A stretch of 64,000 nucleotides of DNA, from NCBI GenBank assembly GCA_051859245.1, contig JBHYGA010000006.1, forward strand, positions 32,001-96,000, read 5' to 3'. Position numbers and translations under genes: made by a program. This document shows, in pieces, positions 19,412 to 26,871 of the stretch. The notes below the pieces were generated by a model. It saw nothing but the letters and a program-made list of their open reading frames with translations. It was not told the DNA's origin and did no database searches. The first letter of the stretch is position 1, and each line of letters opens with the position of its first letter. This DNA is from Gemmatimonadaceae bacterium. GTDB taxonomy: Bacteria; Gemmatimonadota; Gemmatimonadetes; Gemmatimonadales; Gemmatimonadaceae.

Positions 19412-19785
19412 CAGAGGTCTGGCTGGCTTACGGTATCGGGATGCGATGCAGCGGCTGCTGCTTCGCTGGTGATCGGCGTAACGAGGTGCTGGCTGAGCTG
19501 CCGGTACAACGCCTGCGACAAACCGCGCTCCCAATGCTTGGGAGTCTCGGCAGCAAGGTGCTGATCCATCATCGCGGTAAACATGTCTTCTCCGGCCCCT
19601 CCTGAAACGATTCCTTCCTGCTGCGGAACGGATTCGCGCATAGCCTTGTACAGCTGTTGCACGAACACACCTTCCAGCTGCGTCACCGCCTGTTGCAGCT
19701 TTGCATCACGTGCAGGCTGAGCACCGTTGCCTGGCACGGCGGGCGTTTTAGGCGTAACGGGTGAACTACCGAGGCGATTGATCAT
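19411..19785 (-). CDS. flgJ: FlgJ, rod-binding domain only
   Basis: KLQQAVTQLEGVFVQQLYKAMR...MFTAMMDQ...GLSQALYRQL; 124 aa, no glucosaminidase domain. Confidence 0.88.
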   Translation of the reverse strand: MINRLGSSPVTPKTPAVPGNGAQPARDAKLQQAVTQLEGVFVQQLYKAMRESVPQQEGIVSGGAGEDMFTAMMDQHLAAETPKHWERGLSQALYRQLSQHLVTPITSEAAAAASHPDTVSQPDL

Positions 19786-20828
19786 CGAACGATGATCTCC
19801 GCTGTGATTGCACCCACGTCGCGCAGCGCGGCAAAGATGGCCGCGATTTCCTGCGGCGGTGTTTGCACTGCGTGCAGCGCACTCGCCACTTTTTGCACGG
19901 GTGTGCCAATCGCCAGGCGAACACTGCCCGCAGCGGCTCCCGCTTCATCGGCGGCTGGTGCGTCACCAATGGACAGCGTGACCCCACCGTGGCTGACCGT
20001 GGCCGGCCCAACCGTGATATCGCCACCAACCACCACGGTGCCGTCCTTGCCATCAATCACAAGTCGTGGTTTGAGATCAGGACGCACCGCGAGTTCAAGA
20101 ATCTTCGCGAGCGAAGTTGCACGCTCCGCGCCATCGGGGAGCGTGAGCCTGATCGCGCCTTCGTCTTCAATCGCCGCCACGTCACCCTGCAACTGACCGT
20201 TGATCGCGGTCACAATGCGAGTGGCCGTGCCAAGATCCGGTTCGCGCAGAAACAAGCGTGCACTTGAGGCTGCGAGTGTAGGACGTGGCAGATCCGCTTC
20301 GAGAATTCCGCCGCTCGGGATGCGTGCCGACGTTTCGATTGTTGGTGCATAGCGCGTGGCCGAACCGCCTTCGCTCACGAGCAGCGGTCCTTGTGCTGTG
20401 GCCATGGCTGGTCCGCCTGGTTCGGCCACGAGCGGTGTCATGTACAACACACCACCACGCAGCGAACGTGCGTCACCCATGCTGGCCACCTGAATCTCAA
20501 ACCGCCCACCAGCGCGCAGATACGGCGACATTTCAGCAGTCACCAACACCGCGGCAACATTGCGCATGCGCAAGAGGTTCGGTGGTACTTCAATGTCAAA
20601 TCGGCGCAGCAAGTTGACGACCGACTGCACGGTCTGTCCGGCCGTTTGTCCACCAATCGCGCGGTCGCCTGTGCCATCAAGGCCAACGACGAGTCCGTAA
20701 CCCATCAGGCGCACCGGCATTGCGCCTTCGGCCGTCGTGAGATCGCGAATACGTGCTTCCGCCTGGGCGGCAACAGTGTTCGGCAGCACGAGCGTGAGCG
20801 CCGCCGACAAGAAGAGGAGACGGATCAT
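19782..20828 (-). CDS. flgI: Flagellar P-ring protein
   Basis: LMGYGLVVGLDGTGD, NVAAVLVTA, GDARSLRGG. Confidence 0.95.
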   Translation of the reverse strand: MIRLLFLSAALTLVLPNTVAAQAEARIRDLTTAEGAMPVRLMGYGLVVGLDGTGDRAIGGQTAGQTVQSVVNLLRRFDIEVPPNLLRMRNVAAVLVTAEMSPYLRAGGRFEIQVASMGDARSLRGGVLYMTPLVAEPGGPAMATAQGPLLVSEGGSATRYAPTIETSARIPSGGILEADLPRPTLAASSARLFLREPDLGTATRIVTAINGQLQGDVAAIEDEGAIRLTLPDGAERATSLAKILELAVRPDLKPRLVIDGKDGTVVVGGDITVGPATVSHGGVTLSIGDAPAADEAGAAAGSVRLAIGTPVQKVASALHAVQTPPQEIAAIFAALRDVGAITAEIIVR

Positions 20829-21484
20829 GGGAGGAAGATTCCCAGGATGCGCGTGAGCAGACCTGACTTGGTCTTGCCGAGCGGTCCCGGCGAGTTGTAG
20901 CTCAGCGTTGCGTCAGCCACACGATATGACTCTACAAGATTCTGCGGTGACACATCCTGCGAACGCACCCATCCCTCAAACACGACATCCTGTGCGGCTT
21001 TATCCACGGTGATGTTTTTGGTGCCGCGCACCTGCATCAGGCCGTTGGCACCAAGCGCGACAACGCGCACACTCATTTCGTTCTGGAAACGATTCTCACG
21101 GCGCAGCGCACCACGCTGTTGCGTGTCAGAATCATTGCGCGTGTCAATGCCTCCCGACTTGGTACCTGACGATGGCAGTCGAATAGACGCGCCCATATTC
21201 TTGCGACGCGTATCTGTGGCCATGTTGTCTTTCACGGCCGTTGAGATGGTGTAGTCGTCGATCAGGACGGTGATCACATCACCAACCGCAAACGAGCGGC
21301 GATCCGCAAACCATGACTGACGCGGTGCGCGTGCTGGCGTTGCATCAGCGACCGCCGTTGAATCGACAACGGGCGGTGCAGCCTGCGCACGCAACGTTGG
21401 TGCGCCGATCAGCAGCGCAGCGAACGTCGCGGTAACCGCAGCGAGCAACAGATCACGTGTAGTGGTGCTTGATGAATGAGTCAC
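20825..21484 (-). CDS. flgH: Flagellar L-ring protein (start uncertain, 21484 or 21526)
   Basis: DRRSFAVGDVITVLI, NGLMQVRG.K, G.VR..D, SYRVADA; between flgA and flgI. Confidence 0.88.
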   Translation of the reverse strand: MTHSSSTTTRDLLLAAVTATFAALLIGAPTLRAQAAPPVVDSTAVADATPARAPRQSWFADRRSFAVGDVITVLIDDYTISTAVKDNMATDTRRKNMGASIRLPSSGTKSGGIDTRNDSDTQQRGALRRENRFQNEMSVRVVALGANGLMQVRGTKNITVDKAAQDVVFEGWVRSQDVSPQNLVESYRVADATLSYNSPGPLGKTKSGLLTRILGIFLP

Positions 21485-21491
21485 GGGCAGC

Positions 21492-22034
21492 TCAGCGAAG
21501 GCGAACAGAATCAGGTGCGATCGCAATGCCAGTTAACCGGCGATTGCGACCAACGCGAACGGAGACGGCACCACCAACGGGCGCATTCCCCAAAGCAACA
21601 GCGGAGACCGCAAGCGAGACGGTCCCATCACTCCACAGCGCGAACACCGGCCGCCCAGCGGTCACCACGGGGCGCGGAATCACGGCCGGTGCGCGCAACC
21701 ATTCGCCGGCTGAGACCGCACGCTGCACAAGCCAACCGGCGCGTGGCGTCGTGGTGTCGAGTCCGAATGGCAAACGTCCCTGAATCGCGGTATCGGCCAC
21801 GATGAAATCATCAGCGCGAAGCGTGTCGCCGCGCACAAGCGCGCGTGTCGCTACAGCACGCGACCACGTGACCAGCGGCGCGCTCACGGCCCGGGCATAG
21901 GTCGCCGACGTGCCCTGCGCGTGCGCTTCGAAATACGCCGACGCGAACGCCGGCGCCACGAGCGTGGCGACAATGCCGCTCAACACGGTGGCAAAGAAGA
22001 AGATCACGAGGCGAGGCAACGAAGACACGGTCAC
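21492..22034 (-). CDS. flgA: P-ring assembly chaperone FlgA (SAF domain, short)
   Basis: Signal sequence, VATRALVRGDTLRADD, ALGNA..G..VSVR; between flgG and flgH. Confidence 0.8.
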   Translation of the reverse strand: MTVSSLPRLVIFFFATVLSGIVATLVAPAFASAYFEAHAQGTSATYARAVSAPLVTWSRAVATRALVRGDTLRADDFIVADTAIQGRLPFGLDTTTPRAGWLVQRAVSAGEWLRAPAVIPRPVVTAGRPVFALWSDGTVSLAVSAVALGNAPVGGAVSVRVGRNRRLTGIAIAPDSVRLR

Positions 22035-22823
22035 TTAGCGCGTCAGATTGTTGGCGATCTGACCCATCTCGTCGGACGTCTTGATGGCCTTCGAGTTGAT
22101 TTCATACGCGCGCATGGCGGTGATCATCTCCACCATTTCCTGCACGATTTCAACGTTCGAGGCTTCCAGACTTCCCTGCTGCAACCGACCCATGCCTTCT
22201 TCGCTCGGAAATCCGATCGCCGGCGTGCCGCTCGCGGCCGTTGGTGCATACAGATTCTGACCAAGGGCCAGCATGCCGCTCGGATTCACAAACCGCGCGA
22301 GTTCAATACGACCCACTTCGCTCGGCTGCGTGTCGTTGGAGCGAATCACGCTCACAATACCCGTGGGCGAAATGGTGATTTCACTTGCGTCGTCGGGAAT
22401 GCGAATGGGCGGCACCAGACCTTCGCCGCTGCTCGTTACGAGCAATCCCTGATCGGAAATACCGAAGCTTCCATCGCGTGTGTACGCGATGTCGCCGTTG
22501 TTCTTCTGCACCTGGAAAAAGCCATCGCCTTCAATGGCGACGTCAAGATTGCGACCGGTCTGGTCAATCGCGCCCTGCATGTGCATGCGCTGCACCGCGG
22601 CGAGACGCGTTCCGCGCCCAACCTGAATGGCCGGATTCGTAAACGAATCACCGGTGCCGAGCACTTGCGTGCCCTGTACGGTTTGATACAGCAAGTCTTC
22701 GAACTGCGCGCGGCTTCGCTTGAAGCCTGGCGTGTTCACGTTGGCCAGATTGTTGGCGATGACCTGCGTACGAGTCTGCTGGGCCATCATGCCGGTAGCG
22801 GCAGCGCGGAGTGCGGGATCCAT
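22035..22823 (-). CDS. flgG: Distal rod protein FlgG
   Basis: IANNLANVNTPGFK, FEDLLYQ, YTRDGSF, LEASNV, RAYEINSK. Confidence 0.96.
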   Translation of the reverse strand: MDPALRAAATGMMAQQTRTQVIANNLANVNTPGFKRSRAQFEDLLYQTVQGTQVLGTGDSFTNPAIQVGRGTRLAAVQRMHMQGAIDQTGRNLDVAIEGDGFFQVQKNNGDIAYTRDGSFGISDQGLLVTSSGEGLVPPIRIPDDASEITISPTGIVSVIRSNDTQPSEVGRIELARFVNPSGMLALGQNLYAPTAASGTPAIGFPSEEGMGRLQQGSLEASNVEIVQEMVEMITAMRAYEINSKAIKTSDEMGQIANNLTR

Positions 22824-22844
22824 GGTATGTCTCGTGTGAGTGAC

Positions 22845-23561
22845 TTAGACAGGCTTGCCGAGATCGTTCACGGCAATCCCGCGCACAGCATCAAGTGTGG
22901 AGATTGTTTTTTGCGCAGCGCCGAACCGGTGCAGGACCTGCAGCATCGAGGTCATCGCATCCATCGGATTCACGTTGCTTTCTTCAATGAAGCCCTGCTT
23001 CACGCGACGTTCCGCAGGCGGCACATCGGCGCGCGAAACGTCGGGGAGGAAGCGCACACCACCTTCATGTTGCGGACTGACGCCTGCGGCAATGCGCTCA
23101 ACGCGCAGCTGGCCCATAGCGCGGCCGTCAACCGAGATTTTTCCAGCGGCGTCGATTTCAATGTTGGCGGTGCCGTTGGGCGGCACGCGGATATCGCCGG
23201 TGTCGCTCTGCAACGCGTTGCCTGCGTTGTCGACCACTCGACCTTCCGGATCCAGACGAAAGCTTCCGCCGCGTACGTGGCGTTCGCCTTCCGCCGTCCG
23301 GACTACAAAGAAGCCGTCGCCCTCGAGCGCGAGATCGAGCGGGTTGTTGCTTTGTGCCACCGTGCCCGGCGTGAGGTCCACGCGCGTGTCGGTCGCTGAG
23401 ACCGCGTCGCCGACCAGACGGGCGAACACCTGCTCGCGCTTGAAGCCGGCGGTGCTCACGTTGGCGAGGTTATTGGCCAGCACCTGCTGCCGCCGCTCAA
23501 GCATGGCGAGCGACGCCGCGGCACTGGTCATTCCGTTAATACGAACGGGTCCTGGGGGCAT
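22845..23561 (-). CDS. flgF: Basal-body rod protein FlgF
   Basis: LANNLANVSTAGFK, NPLDLALEGDGFF, IEESNVN; directly upstream of flgG. Confidence 0.9.
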   Translation of the reverse strand: MPPGPVRINGMTSAAASLAMLERRQQVLANNLANVSTAGFKREQVFARLVGDAVSATDTRVDLTPGTVAQSNNPLDLALEGDGFFVVRTAEGERHVRGGSFRLDPEGRVVDNAGNALQSDTGDIRVPPNGTANIEIDAAGKISVDGRAMGQLRVERIAAGVSPQHEGGVRFLPDVSRADVPPAERRVKQGFIEESNVNPMDAMTSMLQVLHRFGAAQKTISTLDAVRGIAVNDLGKPV

Positions 23562-23631
23562 TGGCAGATCAAGTTGGGCCGATACGGTCCGTGGACTATC
23601 CCGAACGGTACTGGCGTCTGCCCCTCTATAA

Positions 23632-23647
23632 AGCAACGGTCGGGCCA
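23632..23647 (-). promoter_or_regulatory. sigma54 (-24/-12) promoter of the flgF operon
   Basis: Minus strand TGGCCCGACCGTTGCT: GG-N10-GC, close to consensus TGGCACG-N4-TTGCW. Confidence 0.85.
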
Positions 23648-23674
23648 CAGTGGCCCGACCGTTATTGCGTTGCG

Positions 23675-23687
23675 TAAGTCGTTTATT
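23675..23687. promoter_or_regulatory. IHF-like site upstream of the flgF promoter
   Basis: TAAGTCGTTTATT, one mismatch to YAANNNNTTGATW, in an AT-rich island. Confidence 0.5.
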
Positions 23688-23746
23688 TTTATTGCTTTAG
23701 AAGTGCAATGGAAAAATATGCCTATCTCTTGATGAGCGCCGCGATG

Positions 23747-23761
23747 CGGCAAATCATGCCG
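23747..23761. promoter_or_regulatory. Candidate enhancer palindrome CGGCA-N5-TGCCG
   Basis: CGGCAAATCATGCCG, 100 bp upstream of the sigma54 element; variant TGGAAAAATATGCCT at 23709-23723. Confidence 0.6.
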
Positions 23762-24359
23762 TTGTGGGCGGGAGTTGCCGTGCCGGATCGGCGATGGCCA
23801 GTAGAACCGAGACCGCGTCCACCGGCATTCCCGTGCGGCGTGCGATATCAGTGAGCGACGCACCCTGCTGCGCCAGCGTGAGCACCTGCTTCGGCGTGGG
23901 ATGACCACCGCGACGGCTGCTGGTCGCAGGCACGACGTTCAGCGACAGATTGCCAACGGGCGCGGCGGGCGACGCGGAACGGCGGCTTCTATAGGAAAGC
24001 ACAGCCGCTGTCAGGCCAAACACGCCGGCGAGCAGCGAGATCACGATCATGGCAAGCGTGCGGGGGGAAGTCTCGCCGGAGAGGATCGATGAGACGCCAC
24101 GCGAGGTCGCACTGGCCGTTGCTTCAGTCCAGGTGAGCGCGCTGCTGAGAACCGGTCCGCTTGCGTCCAGCATCGCGGAGGCGGCCGAGCGTGCCACGGG
24201 CAGCAACTCGCCAGGCGCTGCGACGGCTGCTCCAGCCACGATGCCAATCGTCATGACGCCGAGCGTGATCGCCGCGAGTTTGCCCCACGCGACGGAATCG
24301 GTGCGAACCGCAGACGCGCGATGACGCGGCGCGCGTTTCGTCATGAGTCGGGCAATCAT
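23754..24359 (-). CDS. Membrane protein with C-terminal HTH-like domain (SwrB/DUF2802-like)
   Basis: Two hydrophobic segments; C-terminus 'QVLTLAQQGASLTDIARRTGMPVDAVSVLL'; ATGA-coupled to fliA. Confidence 0.6.
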   Translation of the reverse strand: MIARLMTKRAPRHRASAVRTDSVAWGKLAAITLGVMTIGIVAGAAVAAPGELLPVARSAASAMLDASGPVLSSALTWTEATASATSRGVSSILSGETSPRTLAMIVISLLAGVFGLTAAVLSYRSRRSASPAAPVGNLSLNVVPATSSRRGGHPTPKQVLTLAQQGASLTDIARRTGMPVDAVSVLLAIADPARQLPPTTA

Positions 24360-25144
24360 GCGATACGCTCGCGGATTGGCTGCAGATCCGTGCGCAACTT
24401 GCCGAGTGCCTTGCTGCGAATCTGCGACACGCGCGACTCAGTCAGTTCGAGCACCTTGGCGATTTCGTGCAACTTGAGCTCTTCGAAGTAGTACAGCGAG
24501 AGCACAATGCGCTCCTGCTCCTTGAGGCGCAGAATCGCGTCCTTGAGGTGATGCACTTCCATTTCGTGATTCATCGCTTCTTCCACTTCGGAATCTTCAC
24601 TCGATGTGAGGATTTCGATGGGCGCGGGTGCATGGCTTTCACGCTCGCCTGGTGCACGATCGAGCGGAATGTGATGCGCGCCCTCAACGTCGGCCTGCCA
24701 ACGCCACAGCGTATCGCGATCCACACCCAGATGTTCACACAGCTCTTCATCGTTGGGAATGCGACCGAGCACCCGCATGAGCGTTTCGCGTGCCGCAGAG
24801 ATCTCGCGCGTCTTGCGACGAATCGATCGTGGCACATGATCCTGCTTGCGCAGTTCATCAAGAATGGCGCCACGAATGCGCGGTGCGGCGAACGTGCTGA
24901 AGGCCAGTCCTCGCGCCGGTTCAAAACCCTCAAGCGCCGTCATCAATCCGATAGTACCCGCGCTCACCAGTTCGTCAAAATCAGCGCGCACGGCGAGTGT
25001 GCGTGACATCTGACGCGCGACATGATGCACGAGTCCGAGATGATCCTGCAGCAGACGAGCGCGCGAGGATTCATCGCCCTGCTTGAAGGCGTCCCAGAGT
25101 GTGTGGTTCATAACGGACGTTCCTCGAGGCGTGATGACAGCCAT
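24356..25144 (-). CDS. fliA: Flagellar sigma factor (sigma28, FliA/WhiG)
   Basis: ELVSAGTIGL, FSTFAAPRIRGAILDELR, LYYFEEL, LTESRVSQI. Confidence 0.95.
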   Translation of the reverse strand: MAVITPRGTSVMNHTLWDAFKQGDESSRARLLQDHLGLVHHVARQMSRTLAVRADFDELVSAGTIGLMTALEGFEPARGLAFSTFAAPRIRGAILDELRKQDHVPRSIRRKTREISAARETLMRVLGRIPNDEELCEHLGVDRDTLWRWQADVEGAHHIPLDRAPGERESHAPAPIEILTSSEDSEVEEAMNHEMEVHHLKDAILRLKEQERIVLSLYYFEELKLHEIAKVLELTESRVSQIRSKALGKLRTDLQPIRERIA

Positions 25145-25147
25145 GGT

Positions 25148-26029
25148 TCAAACACCGGAGCGAGTAGTGGAAACAGCAGGAACCATGCGAAGCACGGTAT
25201 CGTGAGCGGCGACCGCGACCGGAGATCCGGTGACGGCGTCCAGGAATGGCATGCCGGCAAGTAGCGCGGCATCAAGCGCGAAATCGTTCGGCAACGCTCC
25301 GGCAAACGAGAGCGAGCGGCCGAGAAACTGCTGTGCGCCCTGGGCGAGCGTGTCGGCGACACGAGAGGCGGTACTGTCATCGAGTCTGTTGACCAGCACA
25401 TCGATGTCGAGGCGGGGTTGGCGTGCGTGTACGGCTTTGAGCAGCGCGTATGACGACGCCATCGCAATGGGATCCTGTCCTGCAGTGACAACAACCAGTC
25501 GGACATTGGCTCGGCTGCCATCAATAGCGGCAAGCACTGCATCGAGACGCGAGCCGGCGTCGATCACCATCAACGCGTAGCTGTCGGCAAGTGTATGCAG
25601 CCGCGCAAAACAGGCGCGGCGTTCCGCCGTCGTGAGTGGCGCGACATCGCTGGCACTGTCTCCACGACCGCCGGCCACGAATGACAGTGTCTCGGAGATC
25701 TGCAGCGGCAGTTGTGCGGCTTGCGTGTTTCCGCCGAGCAGTGACGGCCAGCGCAGACGAGGGGCAACGCCAAGCAACAGCGCGTGCGGACCAACCAGTT
25801 CATCGCCGTCAACCAGCAACGTGCGATGACCGTCTCCTGCAGCTGCCAGAGCAAGCAAAGACGCGACGAGCGACGTGCCACTGCCACCGCGTCCACTGGC
25901 GCATACCAATACTGTTGGACCGGTCGCATCTGCTCGGCGCGACGATTCAACACCACCGCGTGCGGCGAGCGCACTGCGGAGTCCATCAAGTTGCGACCCG
26001 CGCGCGGGCGTGGAGAGCAGGGCGGACAT
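25148..26029 (-). CDS. flhG: FlhG/FleN MinD-like protein with degenerate P-loop
   Basis: Between flhF and fliA; N-terminal SQLDGLR (DQAxxLR-like), ASGRGGSGTS, LLVDGD, VIDAG, SYALLK, LVNR. Confidence 0.8.
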   Translation of the reverse strand: MSALLSTPARGSQLDGLRSALAARGGVESSRRADATGPTVLVCASGRGGSGTSLVASLLALAAAGDGHRTLLVDGDELVGPHALLLGVAPRLRWPSLLGGNTQAAQLPLQISETLSFVAGGRGDSASDVAPLTTAERRACFARLHTLADSYALMVIDAGSRLDAVLAAIDGSRANVRLVVVTAGQDPIAMASSYALLKAVHARQPRLDIDVLVNRLDDSTASRVADTLAQGAQQFLGRSLSFAGALPNDFALDAALLAGMPFLDAVTGSPVAVAAHDTVLRMVPAVSTTRSGV

Positions 26030-26871
26030 CAGGCGGCGGTCCACGCGTCGTCGGCGTCAACGCCGAGTCCAAGCGAACGCAGCAAGCGCGGCACCGCTGG
26101 CGCGAGGTCGGCCGGAACGTCTTGACCGTCGGTGATCCAGCGTGTTGGGAGCGCCAATGAGAGCGCGAGATCCGTGACCCCACGCTCACCCGGCACTTCA
26201 TCGAGTTTGGAGAGCATGATGTGCGTGGCGCCAACATGCGAATTGCTGGTGCGATACGCGCGCTCCGCGTCCAACGCCAGATCACCACGGATCGTGGCCG
26301 GTAACACGAGATGCACTTCGTCGGGCTTGAGCGCGTCAAGCAGAGTGCGCCAGCGATCCGTCACATCGGCCGCATTGGGCGATCGGCCCGGTGTGTCCAC
26401 AATGATCACATCGCAGTCGCGCAAACGCGAAAACGCATCGGCGATTTCGCTTGCATCGTAGACCACATCGAACGGCACATTCGCGAGCTCGGCGTATGTC
26501 GCCAGCTGATCCATGCCGCCCACGCGATACGTATCAATCGTGAGTAGTCCGGGGCGTCCAATGCCGAACGTTCCTGGGCGCACCGCGAGTTTGGCAGCCG
26601 TTGTTGTTTTGCCTGCGCCGGTTGGGCCAACGAGCGCGATGACGTACGGACGGCCCGATGCGCGGCGCAGCGGCGTGGGCAGCGGTGCTGCCTGCAAGCG
26701 CTCGCGCACATGTTCGAGCGTATCGGTAGTGGCGGCGAGCACTTCAACACGCGGCACACCGTCATCACGTACCGTACGCGTGTGCAGAATCATCGCGTCT
26801 TCGCCCAACGCTTTGCGCGCCCGCGCCGACACCTGGCTGAAGTCCGCTCCACGAAAGCACTCAAGTTGCAT
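26029..26871 (-). CDS. flhF: SRP-family GTPase FlhF (short)
   Basis: GPTGAGKTTT, DTYRVGG, DTPGR, SKLDE, GQDVPADL; N-terminal LGEDAMILHTR. Confidence 0.92.
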   Translation of the reverse strand: MQLECFRGADFSQVSARARKALGEDAMILHTRTVRDDGVPRVEVLAATTDTLEHVRERLQAAPLPTPLRRASGRPYVIALVGPTGAGKTTTAAKLAVRPGTFGIGRPGLLTIDTYRVGGMDQLATYAELANVPFDVVYDASEIADAFSRLRDCDVIIVDTPGRSPNAADVTDRWRTLLDALKPDEVHLVLPATIRGDLALDAERAYRTSNSHVGATHIMLSKLDEVPGERGVTDLALSLALPTRWITDGQDVPADLAPAVPRLLRSLGLGVDADDAWTAA

